From Bilabrum cf. latius (lineage: Eukaryota), in NCBI GenBank assembly GCA_965178125.1, contig OZ237757.1, positions 806,001-870,000 on the forward strand: a stretch of DNA of 64,000 nt, written 5' to 3'. How positions within the stretch are numbered: position 1 is the stretch's first letter; each line of letters starts with the position of its first letter. The position numbers and the translations under genes are program-made. This document shows positions 10,459-21,900 of this stretch, piece after piece. Below the pieces are notes generated by a model. That model saw nothing but the letters and a program-made list of their open reading frames with translations, was not told the DNA's origin and made no database searches.

Positions 10459-13188
10459 TCACCTGTCGCCGTCGTCGTCGTCCGAAGAGCTATCGCCCAG
10501 CAGATCCACCACTGCCTCCTCCCCACCGGCCTATGCCGCCACTGCCTTGCGGCCTGATGTCCTCCTGTCCTGGCCCTGGCTCGCACCGCTTTGGCCTGAA
10601 GATGATGATGACGATGATGACGCACTAGGTGTGTTTGTACCACTCGTCACACCGAACGCGAACAGTCCACCAGCATGACTTGGCAGCTGCGTCCGGGGCC
10701 CAGTCTCCGTGCGGGTTCGCTTGCGAGCAGCGCCAGCACCAGCGCCAGCGCCAGCACCAGTACAATCCTGCGCACGACCACCTGCAAGCGGTAGCTGGAC
10801 GATGCGAGCACCACGGCGATGCAGCGAGGAATTCGATTTGGACTAAAGTGGAGCTCCTGGAGTCCTGTCTCCCTTCGATTGGCGCTCAGAGGCCTTGGTG
10901 CGGCTTGCGACTGGGCCCTCACCACCGGCACCCTTGATAGATCTATCTTCATCTTCATCTTCATCTTCATCTTCATCTTCATCTTCGCCACAACCTCCAC
11001 CACCCGTGAGGTCGACGGGCCCCGACGCATCCGAAGCGCTGTTTTGGCTGATGCTGCCCCGCTTCCGCTTCCGCGTGCGACTGCCGGCAAGATTCAGCCC
11101 GCGCTGGCCCGTTGCACTGAACGGCCTATTATGCGAGGCAGAAGAGCTGCTTTGGGCTGGCAGCGAGCTCGAGCTCGAGCCCGAGCCGATGCGTGGCGTC
11201 GAGCTGGCTTCCATCTGCTCAGCAGCTTTAGTAGCAGCGCTTGCAGCAGTACCCGAGCGAGAAGCCCCTGAAGAACGGAGGATCGTCGTCTTCTTCCCGA
11301 ACAGCATGCCGGCTGCGGCGGCCTTGCTCGCGAAGGGGTTGAGCAGCTTGAGGATGCGTCTCCTGTCGGATGCATCTCTGTACACGGTGGGGTGGATGGC
11401 GCCTGGCCTCGCCCACCTGACGAACCGAGTCAGCTCCGAGTAGCTGGAGTGCTCCGAATAGGGCGCCAGCAGTACCGTGGCACTCCCCCGCCGCAGCGTC
11501 GTACGCTTGGCCCCGTGGGCCCATCCAGTCGGGACGATCCCAATGACCCCCGGCCGTTGATCCAGGCCCAGCTGTGCGCGCTGGCTGTTGACCCTGTCGA
11601 GATACGTGTGCATGGCCTGCCAGTCGGGCCGGAAGAACGGGAAGGTCTCGCCGCACAGGTCCATGCCAACGACGTGAAGCGGGCACGTGGCCGCGGGGCT
11701 GGGCGTCGCAGGGTGGCCCGAGACCGGTGAGCTTCCGACGGCGGCTGCACGGCCGGACGCTGTCGCGCTCGATGCAGACGACAATGATGGCGGATAGGCC
11801 GATCGTGCTAGCGCTGGTATCGCCGGTCTACCTGCTCCAGCACCACCGTGCGTTGCACCTGCAGCCCCGCTTTCATGCAGTGGCTGACCAAGAGAGCCTG
11901 CTCGTACTGCTATCTCGCTAGTGTCCCCCCCTGTGCTGCACCTCGCCAGCACACCCTCGCTGATTCCCAGCGCACGCAGCACCTTGAGTTTTCTCGCGCT
12001 GATGTACGCTGTGTCTAGAGGTTTTGACACGAATCTGCTTCCTTGGCTGCTTGGAATTGGCACCTCCGGGCTGCTAACACCATGTCCATTGCGCAAACTC
12101 CCACCTGCACCTGCATCTGCACCTGCACCTGCTGTACCTGCCATCGGACCCAAATCAAGATCCAGGAGAGCCTCAAGGACCTTCTCTTTGCCTACCACGT
12201 ACGCAGCCAGCAGCACCAGCGGGGTTGGCCCAGCGCCACCGTGCCCTGCACTAGACTCGCTGGATGTGGGCTTTGTCCCTGCTGCTGGCGGTGAGCCCGA
12301 TGTCGCACAATCGCGATCTTCTGTGCAGCCAGTAGCATGAGGCAGTCCATGTGCGCTGGAATCAGTCCCTACAGTGCTGTTGTCGCCTGCTGCTTTGTCG
12401 CCTGTGGCGATCACCACTGGCACCTGCATCCTCATCCTCATTCTCTGGATCTCCGCCCTCACCCTGCCGGCGATGGCTGCAACTGCTTCTTGCTGGACGG
12501 GAAAATCATGGCGAGCCCTGCAGTAGGTGGTGTCTACAAATAGGTGGTCTATCTTGACCCTGCGTTTCCCCGCAGTATGGTGCTCCGTCGTGCCTGCCTC
12601 AGCCTCGGTGGAGCCGCTCCGCGGTGCCCTTCTGGGAGGGGATCGCGGCCCCGGACCGACGGCACGATAAAAATAAGGGTACCGCTCCATGCTCGCACAT
12701 GCCCTAAAGTCACCCGTATGGAGCACAATTGTCCCAACAGGTCTCCGGCGAGGCTCGCCGATCCATGCCTTTGTATCAATAGCACGGGATGACGTGTCGA
12801 TGGCAGAATCCACGGCGTGGGCCATCTCTGCTTCTTCCCTGGACCCAAACACTTCAAATAAAAGCATGACAGCTCCTGGGCAATGATTAGCATTACTTGC
12901 TGTTACAATGGCTGGTGTCGAGTTCTCAAGGAGGCGGGGGCAATCGAGTGCAAGCCGAACTATACGCTTAGGCTGCACACCAAGGATCTGCTCTGCAAAA
13001 TCGGCGGTCTTTCCCGAGGCATACAGATGGCATCCCTCCAAAGCAAATGATGATGACAGACCACCATAGTGATCACCGTGTGCATGAGTGAGAAAGAACT
13101 CTGTTGCAGTTCGGCGAGGCTATCTGAAGCCGTCGACCAGGGCTTGTGGAAGACCTGGAACCTCATGTGCCTCTCTTGCTTGATTCAT
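10459..13188 (-). CDS. SNM1/DCLRE1-family DNA cross-link repair nuclease (metallo-beta-lactamase/beta-CASP)
   Basis: MNQAREAHEVPGLPQALVDGFR*PRRTATEFFLTHAHGDHYGGL (HxHxDH), then ANHCPGAVMLLF, LHTGDFR, LFVDTTY, AYVVGKEK, IVPTGW, APYSEHSSYSEL, IHPTV. In-frame TAGs at 13120, 10843 and 10531. Ends in TGA. Confidence 0.9.
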
Positions 13189-13313
13189 TGAGGAAGTTCT
13201 CGAATCAAATTACATGCAACCACTATAATCCGACGCTGCTTGCACCCGCTTATCTGGCAATTCGGAGCCAATGGCAGGTCGACATGCAGCGATGTGGCAC
13301 TCCACAAAGAAAC
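13189..13313. promoter_or_regulatory. Putative compact bidirectional promoter between the divergent SNM1-like and PTRHD1 genes
   Basis: Only ~125 bp of lower-GC DNA separates two head-to-head start codons. Inferred from position only. Confidence 0.45.
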
Positions 13314-13932
13314 ATGGCAGCCGTGGGCGGTGAAAGTGAAATATCAGTGGTTAATGGTGCCGAGCCGGTTCCGTCAACAGCGAAGAAAGGCCCTGAATTG
13401 AGCGCAGCAGACCCACCAACAGATGGTGCAGTTGAGGAACCTCTCGTGCAGTATATAGTGCTTCGAAAAGATCTTGTAGATAAATTGGAATGGCCTCAGG
13501 GGGCTGCAATTGCTCAAGCCTGTCATGCGAGTACAGCAGCCTTGCATGCTTTTAAAGATAGAGATGAAACGAAGCGATATTTGGATGACATCAAGAAGTG
13601 AGAGTGGCCGAGCTCTGTAGCAGCGGTCTGATACATTCACTGACAAACAGAAGCAGTGCGTGGTACTATTGTTTGATGCGTTTGCTGCATACCATCCGAT
13701 TTCACATCTAACCTGCCTGCCGAGCGAGCGCAGCATGCACAAGGTGGTGCTTGAGGCAAAGCACGAGGCGCACCTGGAGAAGATCGCGGCCAAGCTAGCC
13801 GCAAGAGATCCGCCTATCGAGCACCAGTCGTGGGTCGAAATGCCGGAGAAGATCGTCACGGCGCTCGCCACTCGACCGTACGCCCGCAGCGCGATGCGAG
13901 CGGCCTTCAAGGGACTGCGGCTGTTTAGATAA
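13314..13932 (+). CDS. PTRHD1: Peptidyl-tRNA hydrolase 2-family protein, PTRHD1-like; exons 13314-13597 and 13734-13932
   Basis: LVQYIVLRKDL..WPQGAAIAQACHASTAA..YLDDIKN/MHKVVLE..WVEMPE..TALATRPY..FKGLRLF. Ends in TAA. Confidence 0.88.
13598..13733 (+). other. Spliceosomal intron of PTRHD1
   Basis: GTGAGA donor, CTAAC branch-point-like sequence near 13708, GCGCAG acceptor. The join gives DDIKNMHKVVLE. Confidence 0.88.
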
Positions 13933-14142
13933 CGCCGCTTACACTGTTGGCAAGTAGAAACTGCCTCCGCGGCAACAGAATGCACAGATATATAGTTCAG
14001 GACCGATGTCGATCGCTCTTGCATGTACCACTCACTGCAAGTGTTTGTCATTGCGTGCAAGCTCGCCATCAGCCCACCCGACCCACGCATTTGAAGTCGC
14101 GCCCGGAGGCTGAGGCTGCACCATTACCAGTTCCGGTTCCAG

Positions 14143-15417
14143 TCAGCGCGATGATGGTGTCGGCCCAGCCATCCACACACACAGCGTTGCAGCCCCTACT
14201 GTGACGAGTGCGGCCACGCCAGCAGTCCAGGGTCTCCCTGCGATGCTGTGCCGACTGCCGCTGGTCTCGCTCGGCTGCCCCGTACTCGGGCTCGATCCCG
14301 GGAGTTCCTCGCCTTCACCCGACCCCCCATCCACCGATCCACCCGCTCCCAATCGATCCTGCTCCTCCTCCCCCCCCTGCTCCTTCACCTCCTCTGCCCC
14401 CTCCTCTTCTCCCCCCACCGAGGCCCCGCCCCGCCCCCACCCCGCCCGTGCCGCTGCCTCCAGAAGCGCCTGCTCCCACCGACCCGCCTCCCCACGCCCC
14501 ATCCGCACCGCCCCGCCTACCCCATCGCCCCCACCACTCGTCACACCTGTGTCCTCCCTCTCTTCCTCCTGCCGCCCTTCAGCGTCCAGCTCCACCTCGG
14601 GGAGCAAAGCAGCCACCTCCAGTGCCAGGTTCGGGGCCTGCCCCGTCAGCTCCCCGATCCCGAGCCCGCACAAGGTTCCGTCCGATTGCGCGGCGCCGGG
14701 AGGGCTCACCGGGCGGTGCAAGACGTGGCCGGCCTCCACTGCGGAGAACTACGGGCACGGCGTGGCGCCGGTGACGGGCCCTCCCGTGGCTGCTCTGACG
14801 GCGGAGAGGGTGCTGCCGTCCTGCTGCAAGCCGAAGCAGATGTACTGCCCCACCGATGCAGGGTTCGCGTCGTTCCTGGTCAGTAGCGTGATCGCATTTA
14901 TCACTCCGTCTCGCCCAGCCGTCGAGGTTACCCTGCGAGGACTAGTGAGTGTTCGTGGAATAGTAGGTTGATGGCATTTCCACCGTCGACGACAGTGCCG
15001 GCCAGAGAAACGAATCGCAGCGTTAGGTGATTTCATCAGGTCGCCGAAGTATTGGGATGTTACATCGGCCAGATGGTCAAAGTGCACCTCGCTGGATCCA
15101 GTTCAGCAGCTGTGCGGGTGTTCGACACGTCCAATTCATGAAAACTGTCCTCACGCGACTGTCGCTTCCACAACCGATTCTTTTGCAACTACCCTGCCGA
15201 GCAGGTCTTTGGTAGCCACAACAAGCTCCTGTCTTATGGTGGAAGATGTCACAGAGGTTTGTATCGCAGCGCTTCCAATCGTGGTCTCGAGCTCCACCGG
15301 AGATGTAGCGGAGTTGGGGAGCTGCAAAGGACCAACGCGCCACACGCCGCACAGTGTGGCATCCCGTGACTGTAACTGTGCATTCGATAGCACGACTAAT
15401 AAACTGATCCAGAGCAT
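14143..15417 (-). CDS. Hypothetical type I membrane protein (signal peptide, C-terminal TM helix); putative intron 15092-15154
   Basis: Starts MLWISLLVVLSNA. A phase-2 GTGAGG...TCCAG intron removes in-frame TGAs. TAG 14749 is read through. Hydrophobic WTAGVAALVTVGAATLCVWM precedes the TGA. Confidence 0.65.
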
Positions 15418-15967
15418 CCCGTCTTACGACCGAATGATCCTTGCGATGACTCGTTCGCAAAATGCGCGGCGCCGCCGTCGCAACCGTTGGTCGCAGGCCT
15501 TCAAACCCCCTTGTAACCCACATCGAGACGCCCAGTGAGCCCGATCTGAGAGTTTGAAAATGGTATACAACACCATGCACTGGCTCTTTAGCGGCACTAG
15601 TTTGCTTCAGGGTCATGGCAAAGGCTCAAGCGACCGGCACATAGTCTAGTGCGGTTCCAGCGACCCTGGTTCGCAGCGGTTGTAACCTGCGGCCGAACGG
15701 GCTGGTATCCATTTGGCCTCCCTGTGAGGCCCTGTACCGTACTTTCGATACTACATCTTAAGCATGGATTCAATTTAGTTGTTTGTTGTCCCCGAGTGCA
15801 CGAGTAGAGGTGGAGGTACAGGATGGCCGGGCGGCCACGATCCAGCTGGGCTGGTAGCGAGCAAAGCAACGCTCGCGGATGCCAAAAGAGCTCTCCAGCC
15901 CACTGAAGTTCGCTCCAGCAGCTAGTAGCTTGATGAATCATCTCTCGAGCGATCCACAGTCCAGTCA

Positions 15968-18900
15968 ATGGAGAGAAAATCACGGAGTGCGACAGGAAGC
16001 GCCAGACAAACGGGCTCTGCCAAAGCGCCTTCATCCCCAGCCGCCAACGATAGTGGGACAATAAAGCTAAAGGATGGTACCCAGGTAGCTATGACTACCA
16101 AGCTGCAACGACTGACCCGTCATGCTAGCCGGAGCAGCAACGAGCTGCCGCGTGTGAAGTCACGTGCAGCACGAGCCCAGCTTGCACAGCAGTACGGCAG
16201 GACGACGAGCTCCAATCGACGCTCCTCGCCGAGGTCCAGCTTATCATAGAGTGCTCCAGTTTACAGAAGCCCGCCTCGGCCAGTTCGTGGAGCGAGCAGG
16301 CCGATCAGAAGCGACTCCTGCGTGGGGTTACTTGCGACCGAGCGATTGCTCGCAAGCCAGTCCTCCGCGCGAGACATCTTGAGAGATAGCACCGGCATCC
16401 TAGGCGCAGAATCAAGTCTATATAGAGCACATTTGCGCGCGTCGTGGCTCCGCCTTGCCCTTGAGTCGGCTGGGATGCTCCAACCACTAGTAGGGACAGG
16501 CCGTTCGTCAAAACCGATCATCAGCAAGGCGAGCACTGAAGCACCTGCTCGACATCGGCCGAGCATCACCATGTCGCTATAGCCACGGCCCTAGCCAGCG
16601 CTTTCTGCAGCCAGGCATGCTCCTTTGCCCGGGGAGGGTCCGGCCCTCGTGCTCCTGACCGTGGGCGAGCACGAGGAAGGTAGAGCTGGGGGCGGGCACG
16701 ACGAAGGTATAGCTGGGGGCGAGGAGGCGGAATGCAGACGAGAGGGTGAAGGCGGCGCGCTGTCGGGAGGAGCTGGCAGCGTGAAAGGGGCGCTGCATGG
16801 CGCTGGGACTGGCAGCGGTCCGGGTACAGCAGCGACGCAGCACGCTGGAGGTCATGGGGAAGAAAGCCCACCGGCAGGGGAGGACGGGTCCTCGCTGCGA
16901 GCGCTGCTGCAGGAGGCCAGCACCGGTGTGACGAGTGCAAGCGCGGTAGTGGACGGCGGTGTGCACGTGCAAAGGGAAGGTCGCGCCCGGCCGAGTACAG
17001 CTGCCTCCTAGTCCTCGGGCCCTCGATGGGCGGGCTAGCTGCTCCAGCTGGGGTGCGCGCTGCTGCCCGCGGCCCTGGGTGTCAGCGTGCTTGCCGTGCA
17101 GGAGGAGGCCGTGGACGCAGTGATGTCGGGTGGTGTGACGAGTGAGGCCCCAATAGACCCGCTGTGCCGGTCGCTGGCGGTGCTGCTGGTGCTGCTGGAA
17201 TCCCTCTTGGCTGCTGCACCCGTACTGGGTCTGGCTCGCAGCGGTGCAGCGGGCGATGGTGCTTCAGCCAATAGAGGGGAGGAAATGCTGGATTATGTGG
17301 CGCTGCTGCGTCTGGCAGGACAGGGAGCAAGTTGTACAGGAGAGCGGCAAGTGCCGGACGCCGGCACGCGGCTCGCACTGCTCCTGCTCCTGCTCGGCCG
17401 CCCGATGCCTTCCCGTGGTGGTGGTGACAGCCTGCCGTTTGTGCCTCCCATTGACATGGATGGAAGGGAGGGAGCACAGACCGTGGCTGCTGCCGGTCTG
17501 TTGCTCGGTCAGATGCTAGCTAAGGCTGGAGCCGGTGTCGGGGAGCCGCAGCCGAGACGCCCCCATCAAGGTGTCGGCAAGGGGGGCAAGGCAGAGCAGC
17601 GGAACAGGGCGGGGCTAGGGCAGCAGTCGCACGGCATTGCAGTGCAAGCGTGGACGGCGCTGGCGCGACACCCCTAGGGTGCATCGCACGCGGGTGCAGA
17701 CAAGCCGGCCACCCGATCGGATGCTCTGCAGTGGAGGGACAGCCCGCTGCCACTCCCACTGCCTTACCTGCACCTGCTGTCCGTGGACGATGCGCGTTAC
17801 AGAGCCTCTAGGGCTATTGCAGATTGGTCCTCAGTGCCTTTGGTGCGCGGTGGCAGAGATGAACAGTTCGACGAAGAGCAGTCGGTGCTGGGAGGGAGCG
17901 CGCAGCTGACCTCGAGGCTGAGGGCTCTAGCCGAAGGCAGGGAGGCTGCCACGCCCGAGCACGACCAGAACGGTCCGGACAGCGCCCGCGATTCTGGCTC
18001 CGAATCATCGCTGGTCACCTCCATGGCCCGATTGCTGGAGTCGAGTCCGATTGCTGCCACCGCCGCGAGTCGGCTGGTGCTGTCTGCGTGGCACGACGTG
18101 GCACTCTGGATACTCCCTGGGCCACCAGCACCAGTAGGGCAAGATGGATTGATGGCAGGCGGCTCATCGCATGAGAACATGCAGCCAAAAAGCGCTGCAA
18201 GGGGCAGAACGGATCGGCGAGGCAGCAACACCAGCGGCACAGGCCAGCGGCGGCCGCACATGACGAGCGCACCACCGCTGGCAGGCAATGCGAGCCGAGC
18301 CAGGGCGAGCCGTCACTCGAGGCGTCGGTCTGTCGGCGCATCGGGCAAGCGTGGAGCATCGTCCAGACGGCAGGGCGCGCATCATATCTCGAAAACTGCT
18401 GCTCCTGGCGGCGCAATGGGCATGTCGCGCCTACAGATGCGGCGGAGGGCGCGGGAGGCCGCCGCTGCCATCCAGGGGGGCTCCAATCCCAACCGAAGGC
18501 CCTTGGCGCAGCCCCTGGCGCGGCACAAAAGGAGATCTTCGGCAGCTGGTGCCCAAGTTCCAAGCAAGGCTGGTGCGCCACCCGTCACCCCCGATGCGAA
18601 GGAACAAAGTGCCGCCAGCGAGGTCTCTAGATGTACCCCCCACCCGTGCCTCGCCCTCGCCTGCGTCGGTGCCGCGCTTCGAGCGTCGATCAGCGACCAG
18701 CTGCACTGCGAGGCCGCGAAAAAGATCGTTGCGGATCGAAGGGCCGCGCTCAGGGAACAACGTTCCAAGGAACAATCGAGCGACCATCCCGAAGCCGCTG
18801 CGCCCGTTGGGAGGATTAACCCAGGCAGGGGCAAGAGACCACCCATGCCGTCCGTGGGGTAGTGGCTGCAGGGGCTGGGTGCTGGGAGGAGAGGGGAATA

Positions 18901-21900
18901 TGACGAGAGTCGTACGGGTGGTGGAAATACCGGAGGGGGGCAGCGGGACGGCGCATCGAAGAAGAGCAAGCGTTCCACAACTCCCGGGCCCATGCCCCCC
19001 GTCCCCACCCCTACATCGGAGCTGCCTCCACTCCCGTCATACGCCGTAGTAGCGGCGGGCAGGCGGCCATACGGCCCGCCCGAGCTGTTGGCAGCAGCTG
19101 GAGGCACGGTCTGCCCGCTGCTCCCAGTGCGGGCCAGCGACTCGGAGGGGGACGTGGGAGTGAACTATAGTGACACTTCCAGAGGACGCAGCAAAACTTC
19201 GGATGCGTCGAATGGCGGGCGCGAAAAGGTAGAAGAGTCACCGACAGGGAGACCAGCCGAGCATGCACAGGCTCCTGTACCCGGCAGCCACGCAGATCAG
19301 AATGTGGGCGGCAGCTAGCCAGATGCCCGGGGGGGCGCGTATCCCGAGAATCCGTTCGAGGACGAGTCTCTGCTTGGGGGCGGCGATGCATCCTCGGGTG
19401 GTACCACGCCTCAAGGACCTGGCACTGATGCTGGCAGGGGTGCCGAAGGGCGGCATGGTGCCCTGGTCACGGACAAGATGAACTTGATGGGCCAGGGCAA
19501 GCAAGAGGAAGAAGAAAAAGACGAAGAAGACCCGTTCCCGTGGTGGCAGCCGGGTGAAGGCACCCAGCAGGACGCTGGCAACAAAACGAGCAGTGCACAA
19601 GTGGGCGATGGACTGGGACACGATGGCTCGCCAGGCTAGCCCAAGGATGGCAGCCCCACCAGCCCAGTGCAAGGACTCAGAGCGCTGCTGCAGCAAGCCA
19701 AGGCGGCCTCTGAACTGGGCGATGGTGTGCAGCATACGGTGCGGGACGGGCCAGCAACTGAATCAGGTAATCAGACCGTCGACAATGACAAGTCTATCGC
19801 TGCTGCCACCCCCGAGCGCGGTGTGGTCACGCCCATCGACTGGGCGCTCGTGGGCAGGCGTGCTGCCTTGTTGCAGTGGAGGGGCGCAGAAACGATCGAT
19901 CACAGCCGGTGGAACGGCTTGGGGTCGCCCGATCAGCGGAAGGGGCGCGGCAGTCGGCAGTCGTCGCAGAGATAGCAGCAACGGAAGGTACGGGGAGGCC
20001 ACCGCAGCGGGGAGTACGGCGGGGAGAACGACGGCGTGCACGAGGCCGGGTGGTTTGCCACGGCTAGCCAGAGGTATGCGTCCACCCTCCGCGGTGGAGA
20101 CAACACGGACCGGATGGGGATCTATGGCAGGGGGCCGCACGGGGCTGGCATGCCGCAAGGAACACGGCCTCGTGGGCGGCGGGAGGGCCGTGCCTCGCAC
20201 ACACCACTCGCTTCGCTGCAATGGGCGCTCCTGCCATAGAGCCAGCAGGCAGTCGCGCTGAAGAGACTGAGGCACCGACCGAGGCGGTGGATCAAAACAC
20301 TGCCCCTGCTGGCCGAGCGGACAGCAAATCTTCTGCAGGAATTCGCCGGCCAGAGTGCCGCTCCTGACAGCAAGACAGGGCAGGGCACGGCTAGTGCACG
20401 GAGCTCGGTCGGCTGGCTGGGTGAACAGGGACCCAAGGAGTACCTCCGTGATGTGCTACAAGATGCTGCTGATGCCCACGCAGCATCCCTGGCCGCAGCG
20501 GCGCCGAATCAGAGGCAGCTCCACCACGACCACCAGAGGCTTCAGGTGGGTCGCGTCCCCCAAGCGGCAGTGGGAAAGGCTGCGAGCGAGTCAGACGTCC
20601 CGGTAGGTGACCCGCGCAGGCACTCGTCACACTCAAAGCAGCCGCATTCGCAGCACAAGCACAAGCACGGGCGCGATCCAAGCGGCAAATCGGACGATGC
20701 GCCCCGCACGCCGACGAGGCGAGGCGGAGGACTCGAGACCCAGGCCGGTGCCGGAGCTCGAGGAGGAGGCAACCACGGGTCCCATGGTACGGGCGGTCCA
20801 ATGCGCGAGGAGGTGGAGCGGCTGCACACGCCCCGCTCAGAGCGAGGAGTGGTGGCAGGGGGTGGCAGCAACCAGCCGGCCCCTGCTGCGCTCCTCGTTG
20901 AGCTGGACCAGAGGCACTGGCGAGGGAAGGAGGAGGCAGCCGGCGCCGCGCTTTCTTCGTTCCTTGCGGAGCTCAACGACAGGCAGGAGTCGATCGCCGG
21001 TGATCTCAGCAAGTGGCGGGACCTGTGCGTCAGAGAGGAAGAGGTGTCCGCGATGCAGGCCAGGCTCAACAGGACCGCAAGCGGCAGAGGCGGAGGGGCT
21101 GCCCTCCAGCGAGGCCATGGGGGCCTTGAAGGTGCACCGCACGATGGTGTTGACGCACGCGCGGGCGGCGGGATGTCCCGTCGCCGGAGCAGCGACAGGC
21201 TCCTTCGCCGATCCAGCACGCTGCAGTCCATGGGAGCCCAGGCACAGGCCAGTGGGAGTGTATCGACTGGCGCACAGCTGCGGGGAGCTGCAGCGGCAGC
21301 AATACCGGATCGCAGCGAGATGGACCCCTCTACTGCGTCCAGGGAACAGTGGGGCGAGCTGTCCTTTGGGGAGGACGAGGGTTTGCAGGACGTGGAGGTG
21401 CTGGTGCAGCTGCTCAAACCCACCGAGACAGCCGCAGCGGAAGTCAGGGAGGCTGCCGGCCGGATTCTCAGGGAACAATACCCGCCCAGGGTGCTTGAGA
21501 CCTCCCAGCCGGCGCGTCAGGCTGCGGAACATGCCGGTGCCGCGCTCGCCAAGGCGGCCAACCGGTTCCTGAAGAGGCACCGGCAGCGGCTCCGGGGTGC
21601 GCTGCAGGCCGTGGCAGCCGTGGCCTACGTAAGGTACCAGCGAGACGTGGAGGAGATCACGAACAGGGAACCTTCGCTGTCCCTGGCGACTCTCCGGGCC
21701 GAGCAGGAGGCGGTGAGGGGCGGCGGCGCGGCTGCATTCGCTGCAGCTGGCTCCAGAGAGACAGAGAGCGCCAGTGGATCGGGTCTGGCCCCTGCATCCG
21801 CGAAGTCGTCGGGTCTAAGCGCACATCATCGAGGTGGAACGGGCAGAGAAGCTGCAGCGCATAATGCAAAAGAGGGGGGGGGGCAGCCCACACATCCCCG

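Noticed and set aside
10946-10986. Microsatellites such as (TCTTCA)n here, (GAG)n near 43170, (CTC)n near 59880 and (GGTGCT)n as separate elements
   Set aside because: They encode ED, poly-E and GA low-complexity tracts within the called proteins.
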